Positions 9,757 to 18,297 of a stretch of DNA of 64,000 nucleotides are shown piece by piece. The notes beneath the pieces are model-generated. The model searched no databases. It saw only the letters and a program-made list of their open reading frames with translations, and was not told the DNA's origin. This DNA is from a virus. Position 1 is the first letter of the stretch, and every line of letters begins with the position of its first letter. Both the position numbers and the translations under genes were made by a program. The DNA lies in IMG/VR virus record IMGVR_UViG_3300017963_000025, positions 1 to 64,000 of that record. One strand, written 5' to 3'.

Positions 9757-10131
9757 ATGTCTTTTTGGGCAACATCAAAAGTACCTATTGAAAGTATGCC
9801 ACTATTCTCATCACTTGCGGAAATAAGAGGAATTACAGTGGTAAAAATGGAACATGCCGAAGCTATAAGAAACGGATTAAAAAAAACGCATCGGCTTATG
9901 ATTGCCGATAAAGCAGAGGCATGGGTGGTGAGAGACAAATCCGGCAAATCGTTTCTGTACTGCGATACGGATCGGTCTTATAGCAAATTTGCCCGTAAAC
10001 AGATAAGAGACGGGATGACAATAATGCAGGAGTACACCCTCTGCAAATTGAAAAGTGCAATGGCCGGAAGAACCCTGCGAATCCAAGCGCAGAACGTGGT
10101 TGACAACCGACTGATATTGAAGGTGGCCTGA
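9757..10131 (+). CDS. DUF1257/Ycf35-like protein
   Basis: N-terminal MS-W-T-K-I pattern, C-terminal MQEY..K..A....I motif; lies beside a DUF2997-like gene. Confidence 0.5.
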   Translation: MSFWATSKVPIESMPLFSSLAEIRGITVVKMEHAEAIRNGLKKTHRLMIADKAEAWVVRDKSGKSFLYCDTDRSYSKFARKQIRDGMTIMQEYTLCKLKSAMAGRTLRIQAQNVVDNRLILKVA

Positions 10132-10134
10132 TAT

Positions 10135-10332
10135 ATGAGAGTATGCGAGAAATGTGCGACAGAGAATCACCCGGAATTCACCGAATTCAACACGCGCCTT
10201 GCACGATGCGCAAAGTGCGGAGATATGACATTGTGCATTTTGGAAAAAAATTTGCCACCCCCAAAATCCGTTCCGGTTCTGCCGACTGATAACGGGTACG
10301 ACTATATTTTTGGTAATAGCGAATGGTGGTAG
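10135..10332 (+). CDS. Small zinc-ribbon protein
   Basis: CEKC and CAKC pairs. Confidence 0.5.
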   Translation: MRVCEKCATENHPEFTEFNTRLARCAKCGDMTLCILEKNLPPPKSVPVLPTDNGYDYIFGNSEWW

Positions 10333-10345
10333 AAAGGAGGAATAA

Positions 10346-10528
10346 ATGCAATACACCATAACGGTTGAGGAAGATGGTTCCGTAAGAGTCGAAGGCAACG
10401 GATTTCAGGGAACGGAGTGTGTCAAACACAAAGATATTGACACGTTGCTAAAGGCCATTGGCACGGACAAACGAAATGTCACCATGAAAACCGCACAAAC
10501 CGCTGTTGGTATTCGTCTTCAAACATGA
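10346..10528 (+). CDS. DUF2997-like protein
   Basis: ITVEEDGSVRVEGNGFQGTEC signature; AAGGAGG RBS. Confidence 0.75.
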   Translation: MQYTITVEEDGSVRVEGNGFQGTECVKHKDIDTLLKAIGTDKRNVTMKTAQTAVGIRLQT

Positions 10529-10710
10529 TGAATAAGAGATATATACCGATCAATGATCCAAGATTGTATGCATGCTGTTCCAATGCCACCAGAAAAAAAT
10601 TTCGTGAAAGGATTTTGGAATTGAGAAATAAGGCAATAGCGAAAGGTATGCAACTTTTGGATGAGGACGACGTGCTTGATGAAGTAAAACGACGGAGGGA
10701 CGGAACATGA
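10525..10710 (+). CDS. Hypothetical protein
   Basis: ATGA overlaps at both ends. Confidence 0.5.
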   Translation: MMNKRYIPINDPRLYACCSNATRKKFRERILELRNKAIAKGMQLLDEDDVLDEVKRRRDGT

Positions 10711-10964
10711 TTATAACCATCACGCCGGACGGCAGCATTGAAATGGTTTATAACGATCTAATGGCGGACATACTGAATGACCTGGGAAACCTGTCTTGCC
10801 GACGTGCGTCAAATGTCGTTTTTAACGACACAACCAAAAAATGGGATGTTGTCACAACGAACGGCGATCCCATTCTGTCAGAAAAACGTCGGACAGATGC
10901 TATCAGAAGAGAAATTGATTATCTGGAGTGGTTATTGGAAAACGGGTGGGGGCCACCGAAATAA
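10707..10964 (+). CDS. Conserved small protein usually found with DUF1257/DUF2997
   Basis: ITPDGSI..VY.D....LG.L...RASNV......W pattern. Confidence 0.55.
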   Translation: MIITITPDGSIEMVYNDLMADILNDLGNLSCRRASNVVFNDTTKKWDVVTTNGDPILSEKRRTDAIRREIDYLEWLLENGWGPPK

Positions 10965-11073
10965 TCACAATGGCGGGATCATTTCAACCCCCACCCGCCC
11001 GCTTGCAGAGGTGCAATTGTGGACATCGGATATCCGTGTTATATGAAATTATTCCCGCCACGTCAAGCAAAAA

Positions 11074-11322
11074 ATGAGAGGAATCGAAATGTTTCAGCAT
11101 GAAATGGAATTCCGTGAAGATACGGAAATGATTGATTATGTGTTTGAATTTTTGGGGGTAACCCCCAGGGGCGCAATTATTGTAACGGATGAGAATAACC
11201 GCAAATTATTCCTGCCCCCGGATCATGTCGAACCCGACGAACCTCCGGAAGAACTCGAACCCGGAGAAACCGTGCTAATCCAAATACCCGTGTGGCTGGC
11301 GAAAAAGGAGGGACTTATCTGA
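11074..11322 (+). CDS. Hypothetical protein
   Basis: C-terminal IPVWLAKKEGLI, typical of a small phage family. Confidence 0.55.
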   Translation: MRGIEMFQHEMEFREDTEMIDYVFEFLGVTPRGAIIVTDENNRKLFLPPDHVEPDEPPEELEPGETVLIQIPVWLAKKEGLI

Positions 11323-11690
11323 TGGAGGGACCAAAAATAACGTATAAATGCAAAGTGTGTGGAGAAAAATTGACCGATTTCGAACAATTGCGGAAGCACT
11401 GTCCCCAAGATGAGCGGTTTGAAGATTGGATCAAACCGTTTGAACTTTGTCATTATACTGACGGTTTGTTTTGCAAAGAATGCCGTCAGAAAATAATTGA
11501 CAAACGTATCGCCGAGTTTGACGGGGACACGAAATACACAGATGAAATGATTTGCCCGCATTGCGGCTATGAATACTCGGACAGTTGGGAATTGCAAAGC
11601 GAATCCGACGAAATAATATGTGACGATTGCGGAAACGAATTTAGATATGAAAGAATCGTAACAGCGGAGTATATAACGAGTAAAATCTGA
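11322..11690 (+). CDS. Zinc-finger protein carrying a 23-aa segment identical to the SSB protein
   Basis: Four CxxC pairs; 11373-11441 matches 17977-18045. Confidence 0.65.
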   Translation: MEGPKITYKCKVCGEKLTDFEQLRKHCPQDERFEDWIKPFELCHYTDGLFCKECRQKIIDKRIAEFDGDTKYTDEMICPHCGYEYSDSWELQSESDEIICDDCGNEFRYERIVTAEYITSKI

Positions 11691-11710
11691 AATGAGGAGG
11701 GACTCATCTT

Positions 11711-11947
11711 ATGGCGACAAAAAAATCATTTGTAAAAAATATTTCATGGAACAACCACCCGCCTACTGAGAAGGACTTTCCAATTCTGATTCTTATTTAT
11801 TCGATGGGATCCGAAAAGATATATACGGACATTCTCAGTGCGGATATTATTAAGACGGATTCGCGACCGAATTTCAGCCAAATCACGTTCGGAACGGAAT
11901 ACGTGTGGAAAAGCCTGTTTGATCTGATGGTCCGACATGAAATCTAA
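11711..11947 (+). CDS. Hypothetical protein
   Basis: GAGGAGG RBS. Confidence 0.45.
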   Translation: MATKKSFVKNISWNNHPPTEKDFPILILIYSMGSEKIYTDILSADIIKTDSRPNFSQITFGTEYVWKSLFDLMVRHEI

Positions 11948-12043
11948 AGGAGTAGGAAAATATGTAAATTGTTAAAAGACTTGTATGTGGACCAACGTGA
12001 GTTTATTGGTGGACAAGAAATCAAGTGAGAAAGGAAAAGTGCA

Positions 12044-12274
12044 ATGAGTAAAGCCATTTCATATGAAGATTACCATGCATACGGATGTCCTGCATGTGAG
12101 TCAGGAAACAAAAAGGTTGCCATCCATATCCAGACACCTGTTGACGCATTGCTAATATGTTCGGAGTGCGGAATGGGTTTTATTGTGGCGTTTGACGGTG
12201 CGAAGGAAACACCAAACGGAACCGTTGTCGATCATCCGTTGAAAAAACAGACATGCTTAACGGAGTTGGGATAA
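12044..12274 (+). CDS. Zinc-ribbon hypothetical protein
   Basis: CPAC and CSEC pairs. Confidence 0.5.
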   Translation: MSKAISYEDYHAYGCPACESGNKKVAIHIQTPVDALLICSECGMGFIVAFDGAKETPNGTVVDHPLKKQTCLTELG

Positions 12275-12292
12275 TCCGCAAACGTTTGCGGA
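12275..12292. repeat. 18-bp palindrome, copy 4 (extends to 24 bp, 12272-12295)
   Basis: Exact match directly after TAA. Confidence 0.97.
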
Positions 12293-12368
12293 TTAAAAAT
12301 CATTACATTGTGATACTTTACTCGTCCAAAACAATATCACAATGTAATGATTTGACAGCTACCGTAAA

Positions 12369-12545
12369 ATCCAACCCATGGGAAAATATGGCCTTTTTTT
12401 CCCACCAGCGGGAATATGCGTCCCATGGGCGGGAATATGCGTCCCGCTGGTTGGATGAGTATATAAATATAAGAAATAAGATATAAGAAATAATAAGTGA
12501 ATAATAGCGAAATGAATTCCGCTGCTAGCAATTTTTTTATTTTTT
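12369..12545. other. Candidate replication origin (iterons plus AT-rich tract)
   Basis: GCGGGAATATGCGTCCC at 12408 and 12429 (21-bp period) inside nested inverted repeats, then ATATAAGAAATAAG-type AT-rich repeats; upstream of the initiator gene. Confidence 0.6.
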
Positions 12546-12656
12546 TGGGAAGGTGGATTTCCAGAGGGGAATCCAAAAGTTTGTATCAGCGCTACATTCA
12601 GATAGGATATAGGCGCGGCCAAAAGGTTTTACTTTTTTCAACCCGGAGGTGACAAA

Positions 12657-13544
12657 ATGACCACATTTCGAAAAAACAAATACCAGATTTCGTACCTGAC
12701 CCGCAAATCCGCCACGTTATTTTGTGGAAATACGGATCGGGAAATTGTTTGCCACATCATTGACCGCACATTGTCATGGGGGAAAATAGCCGAATTTATT
12801 CCGTATTCCGAGTTGGTTGAAGGATTCCCGGTATTGTGCTATTTTCCCCGTATATCCAGATCAGCCGCATATCGTTCCGTTTCAAATCTGCTTGACAATG
12901 GCATCATCGGAAGGCATCGGGAAACGCGATGCGTATATTCTGTGAATATTCCGGAATTCTACAAATTGTGGCATCGCATGTTTCACGACGCGCAAGACAA
13001 CAAATTGTGGAATACGGTGAAATCCGTGGAATCCGATATTCTGGACCAATACAACCGGTCGGATATTCGATTTGAACCCCTTACGCTGAGCAGCGAGGCC
13101 ACTATGAATATTGAAACCGCCATCCGTTTTGCCCAACGGAAATCCGTTGCGGCCCGAAAACGCAATGCCGAAAAACCGGTAAAAAATTCAAAACATCTCA
13201 TTTGTCTGATTCGCTATCTGGCGGACGACATGAAGGTGTATATCAACGAATATGTCACCGACAAAGTCCGGGGGCAGATGAACCATTTTATCAAATCCTA
13301 TTGCCCGTCGATCAAAAAAACGCCGGAGTGGTTCGTGCGCGAATCCATGGAGGAGTGGCCCCGGATGTTCAATGAAAAAATTGTGCTGAACCGCATGTTT
13401 TGCTTTGATGAGATGTACCGACGTAAGAACAAAATTTTTGAGCATCTGGTCCGGGACGAGTTGGACGATGCCGAATTCGGACGACCGAATGAACCGAGAG
13501 AAATCCGGATTATTGATTTGCGAACCAAAAAACAGTTGGCCTGA
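12657..13544 (+). CDS. Replication initiator, lambda O-like N-terminal winged HTH
   Basis: IIDRTLSWGK..FIPYSEL...ISRSAAYRSVSNLLDNGII resembles Phage_rep_O; heads the replication operon. Confidence 0.6.
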   Translation: MTTFRKNKYQISYLTRKSATLFCGNTDREIVCHIIDRTLSWGKIAEFIPYSELVEGFPVLCYFPRISRSAAYRSVSNLLDNGIIGRHRETRCVYSVNIPEFYKLWHRMFHDAQDNKLWNTVKSVESDILDQYNRSDIRFEPLTLSSEATMNIETAIRFAQRKSVAARKRNAEKPVKNSKHLICLIRYLADDMKVYINEYVTDKVRGQMNHFIKSYCPSIKKTPEWFVRESMEEWPRMFNEKIVLNRMFCFDEMYRRKNKIFEHLVRDELDDAEFGRPNEPREIRIIDLRTKKQLA

Positions 13545-13553
13545 CCGCGCAGA

Positions 13554-14279
13554 TTGCCGTATTTTCGATCTTTTCATGGCAACCCATATCTGACTATCAA
13601 AAAACAAACAAATGCCGAAATTCGGCAAATGAGAGGCTTTTACGCAATGACAATCACATACCCCTGGTCCGACACCTCCCATATCGAGCCGGACTTGCTG
13701 AAACTGGTAATGACGCATCTTCAAACGAATGTTGCCCGCCAACACGAAATTGACGAAAAAGAACGCATTGAAAAACTTACACTGACGATTCTCAGACAAT
13801 TGGAATCTGCCGAATCGCGCATGCTTTTGGTGGTGTCCGGTGATATCCGCCTCTTGCGAGATTTGTGGGTGGTGCCGGCCACGTACACGCTGACCGTGCG
13901 CCATGACGGAGAAATACCGGAGAGTCGGATCACTGATGCGAATCGTATCGGGGAATGCTACCGCTACCCGACACAACCGGTTCAAAAGGAAATTGATGTA
14001 ATCACCCGCACCGGATTTCTATTGTGGGAAAACATTGGCACCCCGTATTATCTGGCGAAAAGCCGAACGGCGGAAATCGAGGGGGTGTTGTCCGAACGGA
14101 TACGCCTGAAATTGCCCACCGTGTTCAGCCATTTTTCAACGCATTCGGACAACCGCGTTTTTCGGGAAATAAGCGTGTCCGTGGGAACGAAGATTGCCAC
14201 GATTTTGGAACAATGCGCGGATGTGCTGGTGGCCGAGTCCGGCAAGTCCGCTGGAACCGTGACGAAAGTGAGGATGTGA
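13554..14279 (+). CDS. Degenerate DnaC/IstB-like helicase loader
   Basis: FLLWENIG...VLSERIRLKLPTVFS resembles the DnaC C-terminal half; no intact Walker A; lies between initiator and DnaB. Confidence 0.45.
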   Translation: MPYFRSFHGNPYLTIKKQTNAEIRQMRGFYAMTITYPWSDTSHIEPDLLKLVMTHLQTNVARQHEIDEKERIEKLTLTILRQLESAESRMLLVVSGDIRLLRDLWVVPATYTLTVRHDGEIPESRITDANRIGECYRYPTQPVQKEIDVITRTGFLLWENIGTPYYLAKSRTAEIEGVLSERIRLKLPTVFSHFSTHSDNRVFREISVSVGTKIATILEQCADVLVAESGKSAGTVTKVRM

Positions 14280-15556
14280 TGTCGGTGGGCATAGGGCTGA
14301 TTAAGTCGTTGTGTGACCAAAACGTTCGCGCATCCGTTGTGTATGACCATGGGATCGGGGATCATCTGTTTACGCCGGACGAACGCGCCGCGTGGGATTT
14401 TGTTCGGGATTTTTGCACGACCCACGGACGCTATCCGTCTGTTGACACCGTAGTGGGCCATTATCCCGAATTGTCCGTCCGCTTTGACAATATGCCGGAC
14501 GAACCGTTTACCTATTGGGCCGACTTGGGCAAAAAAAGGCGGGTGACCAATCTGGCCAGGGAAATGGCGGACACGGTGCATCGGAGGATGTCCGCAGGTG
14601 CGAATATTGACACGGACGACCTGACGCGAATTGCAAGCCGGTTTATATCGGACGCGCGATCCTGCACAGGGTCAAAAATAGTATCACTAAGTGATATCAC
14701 TGAAGAATTGTTGCGGATGCATGACCACCGCCAACTGGCAACGGGCATTTCCGGTATTCCCACCGGGTTCCCGTTTTTTGACCGGGTGTTTGACGGATTA
14801 CAGACCGGGGACGTGCTGAGTCTGGTGGGGAAGACCGGCATGGGAAAGTCGTTTGTCATGGCGAAGATGTGGAACGCCGCATACGACAACGGGTACAGCC
14901 CGTTCGTGGCATCCATGGAAATGCCAATACCCCAACAGGCACGGCGCACATTGGCCCTGCGCTCACGACTTCCGGGAACGGCGATTCGCGTGGGCCGGTT
15001 GGACTTTGCCGGTCGGGAGTTATTGGGGCATACGGCGGAAGCGGTACGGGAAAACCGACAACAAATCTGGTTTACGGATCATGTCAAATCCGTGGACGAG
15101 ATTGCCGCCGTCGCACGTGACCTTGGGGCAAACCCGATATTTATTGACGGCGCGTATATTATTGACGAAAATGATCGCGGTGCGGTGTGGGAACGTGTGG
15201 GCAAGGTGGCCCAGAATATCCGGGATATGGCGATGAGCCTGGGGGTTAGCGTGGTGAGCAGCTATCAGTTCAACAATTCCGGGGAGGGGTTGCATAATAT
15301 CCATTTTAGCCCGAATATCAAATACCTTGCCAGTATTGTTTTGGGGCTGAGACAGGAGGAACCCCGCCCCGGCGTGGGGCGTGTGCTGAGCACCACCGAA
15401 CGGAAAATATTGGAAATCCTCAAAGGCCGGGAGGGGGAGTATGGGGCTATCGAGGTGGAATGGGATATGCGGCGGACCAATATCTGCCAACGGCGCGTGC
15501 TATGGTCACGGGCGGATGATGACGAATCCGACGGAGGGGACGAATGGAACGAATAA
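14279..15556 (+). CDS. dnaB: DnaB-like replicative helicase
   Basis: GIPTGF..FD....GLQ.GD, GKTGMGKS, SMEM, IFIDG, YQFN, KGREGE. Confidence 0.9.
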   Translation: MSVGIGLIKSLCDQNVRASVVYDHGIGDHLFTPDERAAWDFVRDFCTTHGRYPSVDTVVGHYPELSVRFDNMPDEPFTYWADLGKKRRVTNLAREMADTVHRRMSAGANIDTDDLTRIASRFISDARSCTGSKIVSLSDITEELLRMHDHRQLATGISGIPTGFPFFDRVFDGLQTGDVLSLVGKTGMGKSFVMAKMWNAAYDNGYSPFVASMEMPIPQQARRTLALRSRLPGTAIRVGRLDFAGRELLGHTAEAVRENRQQIWFTDHVKSVDEIAAVARDLGANPIFIDGAYIIDENDRGAVWERVGKVAQNIRDMAMSLGVSVVSSYQFNNSGEGLHNIHFSPNIKYLASIVLGLRQEEPRPGVGRVLSTTERKILEILKGREGEYGAIEVEWDMRRTNICQRRVLWSRADDDESDGGDEWNE

Positions 15557-16143
15557 ACATTGTAGGGTTGGAACAAGAGCGACGGATTATGGAAATCGCG
15601 GTCACCGGGAATCACGGGGCCATGCTGATTGGTCGAAAGAACAGTGGCAAACGGCTCATGATGAGGGAATTTCTAAACATAATCGGTTATCCTGATTCCG
15701 TACTGACCCATGCGTCCAACAAATATGTGGGACCGGATGACAGTTGTCTGGTGTTTGACCCGGCGTATTGCCACAACGGGAGTGTGCTGGCGAACAAACG
15801 ACACGGACGGGTGGGATGGAAAGACGTGGCCGGAAATCCGAAACAGGAATCTATGATTCACGTGGCAAAGCGTGTTTTTTTAGCGCGTTATTTTTTGTAT
15901 GAGAAGCCGTTCGATTATGATGCAATCCGAAAAAAATCGGACGGCGTTACATTGAAACTGATTGAGGAGGCATACGACCGGTTGTCACTGAATTCCGGGG
16001 ATGTCGTGGATTTGATGAACGTGGCCTACACGATTTTTATTTTGTCCCGTGAAAAAAAATTGGGTGTCGGACATGTTGCGGAGGCAATCGCCTACTGCCC
16101 ACAAAAATTGGATCATGAGCATGAAAAAAGAAACGATCCTTAG
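15544..16143 (+). CDS. Truncated ComM/YifB (Mg-chelatase-like AAA+) homologue
   Basis: IVGLEQERRIMEIAVTGNHGAMLIGRKNSGK matches the ComM AAA start; EAYDRLSL....MNVAYTI..L....HVAEAIAY matches the ComM C-terminus; middle missing. Confidence 0.65.
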   Translation: MERINIVGLEQERRIMEIAVTGNHGAMLIGRKNSGKRLMMREFLNIIGYPDSVLTHASNKYVGPDDSCLVFDPAYCHNGSVLANKRHGRVGWKDVAGNPKQESMIHVAKRVFLARYFLYEKPFDYDAIRKKSDGVTLKLIEEAYDRLSLNSGDVVDLMNVAYTIFILSREKKLGVGHVAEAIAYCPQKLDHEHEKRNDP

Positions 16144-17119
16144 ATTTCTGAACGCATTGGGCGCGGACATGACGCGGATGCGTATTCGGGGGGACTGGAT
16201 GAACGTGCGGTGTCCGTTGGCACATATTACCCACACCAACGGGGATGCGCATCCGAGTTGCGGAATTCTGATATCCGATGACGGACCGGCAATATACCAT
16301 TGTTTCGGGTGTTCCGGGGGCAAACCGGAGTCGTTGTCGTGGATGGTCCACACGATGTGGGTTGCCACGGGACGATACCCGACAGATGCGGCAAAGATAC
16401 TGGCCAGTGAAAATTTTGTATCAGAGAGTGACGCTCCGGTATTTGATTGGGACATCCGCAAACGTTTGCGGATGACACCCCTGGATGCCGACGTGTTGAA
16501 GCAATATCCGCCATTGTCCGACAGCGTATCGTGCCTGACCGCCATGGTGGTCCGGAACTGGCTTACGGAATGCAGGGGGTTGGCTCCAAGCATAATTGAC
16601 ACGCACGGGTTGCGGTATTCCCCAGAGAATTGTACCGTGGTGTTTCCGCTGACAGATCATGCCGGGAACATTTTTGTGTTGCAAGAGCGGATGATTGGTA
16701 CGAAAAAAATGTGGACCGTAAATGAAAACACGTCCGGTGTGCATGTTGACTACCCCACAATTCGCCATGCGGGGTGTTGGATGAATCTTAAAAACGCGGA
16801 TTGGGGTCGCCCCGTGATGCTGGTGGAAAGCGGATTTGACGCGGGCCGGATTGCGTCTCTCGGGTTTGACAATGTGATTGCGTCCGGGGGTACGGGTGTT
16901 ACTCCCGCGCAAATCGGGGCGTTGGCCGGTCACACGTATATTTTGGGATATGACAATGATCGGGCAGGTCAACAGGCAATGGCAAGAATTGCCCGTATGT
17001 TGGGGAATCATACGGTGTATGTGGCGGATTGGGGCGTGGTGGGGGTTAAGGACGGTGGTGATTTGGTTAATGCGGAACAATTAAAAAAAGTTTTGACGAA
17101 TACACGCCGCATGACTTGA
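16121..17119 (+). CDS. DNA primase (zinc-binding domain plus TOPRIM)
   Basis: CPL..H...HPS, CFGC; VESGFDA, YDNDRAG, KDGGD. Confidence 0.85.
   Translation: MKKETILRFLNALGADMTRMRIRGDWMNVRCPLAHITHTNGDAHPSCGILISDDGPAIYHCFGCSGGKPESLSWMVHTMWVATGRYPTDAAKILASENFVSESDAPVFDWDIRKRLRMTPLDADVLKQYPPLSDSVSCLTAMVVRNWLTECRGLAPSIIDTHGLRYSPENCTVVFPLTDHAGNIFVLQERMIGTKKMWTVNENTSGVHVDYPTIRHAGCWMNLKNADWGRPVMLVESGFDAGRIASLGFDNVIASGGTGVTPAQIGALAGHTYILGYDNDRAGQQAMARIARMLGNHTVYVADWGVVGVKDGGDLVNAEQLKKVLTNTRRMT
16455..16472. repeat. 18-bp palindrome, copy 5 (inside primase)
   Basis: Exact match; extends to 22 bp. Confidence 0.97.
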
Positions 17120-17178
17120 CTACCGATGAAAAAAACGGTATCTTTTAGTAATTTCAACAAAAAAAGGGGAAAAAATAA

Positions 17179-17409
17179 ATGAGTGAAAAATTGGTTAAAT
17201 TGTTGCTTAGACAGTACATTACCCAACTGAACGAAATTCAACAGGAAATTTTGGGATCACTGCCAGACGAATGTTTAAACAATACGGACAACGAAGGAAA
17301 CAAGTTTTCACCTCCGTGTATTGGAAGAGAAATACTCCACTATCCGATTCTGGACGGATTGGGCGATTTTATTAGTCGGATGCAGATGGACGAGGATTTG
17401 CTCGAATAA
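17179..17409 (+). CDS. Hypothetical protein
   Basis: ORF between primase and SSB. Confidence 0.45.
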   Translation: MSEKLVKLLLRQYITQLNEIQQEILGSLPDECLNNTDNEGNKFSPPCIGREILHYPILDGLGDFISRMQMDEDLLE

Positions 17410-17460
17410 AAAAATAATTACAAGGACAAAACAAAGAAACAAAAGAACGGAGAGGAAAAA

Positions 17461-18297
17461 ATGAATGATTGGTGCATTACCGGTGAAAAAGGATGGGATA
17501 TTGCGGAACAAGACGCGAAAGACAGACAACAGAGGTATGAAGAAAACAAGAAAATCAAATACCGATTTCGGATTCCGCCGAACAGTGAGGCCACGGTGCT
17601 GTGGTTGGACAACCTTTGGTATTTTCTGTATGAACATTCGGTCAGGTTGAACGGGTATTTTAGCCGGATGACCTGTATTCAGTCCAAGGAGGATTGTCCG
17701 GAATGTTTGCGCGGAGGAAGGCGCATATTCGGTGTGGCGTCTACAATTATTCGCCTGACGCCCTATGTTACGAGAAAAGGAGAACAACGAAATTATATGA
17801 AGTGTCCCGTGGTGTTCAGCGGGAAAGCGTTGGAAAATATCAAAACCCAACACCAAAATATGGATAAGAATATGATCGGATTGGTGTACCGGTTCAGACG
17901 CGGGTCCGACTCCAAAAGTTGTGCCACCGGGGAGGATTTCACCCCCATAATGCAAAACGGATCGGTGATCCGAATCACCGATTTTGAACAATTGCGGAAG
18001 CATTGTCCGCAGGATGAGCGATTTGAAGACTGGATCAAACCGTTTGATTATACCGAACAATTCCCGTTTTATCCGGCGGATGTGATGCGTCGAAAGCTCG
18101 GTATCCCGGACCCGATGGGCGCGGCGCAGCCCCACGGAACGGAAAGCACCGATTTGAATTCCATATTCGGAACGAATGCCGTGTCCGTCGCACCGACACC
18201 CGATTCTGGCGCACCTGCCAATATTGATGATTTGTTTGCAGGCGGGGGGTCACAACAAACAGAAACAGTGCCACCGGACGATGACATACCATTTTGA
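17461..18297 (+). CDS. ssb: Single-stranded DNA-binding protein (gp32-like, zinc-binding)
   Basis: RFRIP, EH..C...CPEC, acidic tail ending DDDIPF. Confidence 0.8.
   Translation: MNDWCITGEKGWDIAEQDAKDRQQRYEENKKIKYRFRIPPNSEATVLWLDNLWYFLYEHSVRLNGYFSRMTCIQSKEDCPECLRGGRRIFGVASTIIRLTPYVTRKGEQRNYMKCPVVFSGKALENIKTQHQNMDKNMIGLVYRFRRGSDSKSCATGEDFTPIMQNGSVIRITDFEQLRKHCPQDERFEDWIKPFDYTEQFPFYPADVMRRKLGIPDPMGAAQPHGTESTDLNSIFGTNAVSVAPTPDSGAPANIDDLFAGGGSQQTETVPPDDDIPF

Noticed and set aside
11373-18045. Diversity-generating retroelement TR/VR pair
   Set aside because: Differences are synonymous and not adenine-specific; no reverse transcriptase in the window
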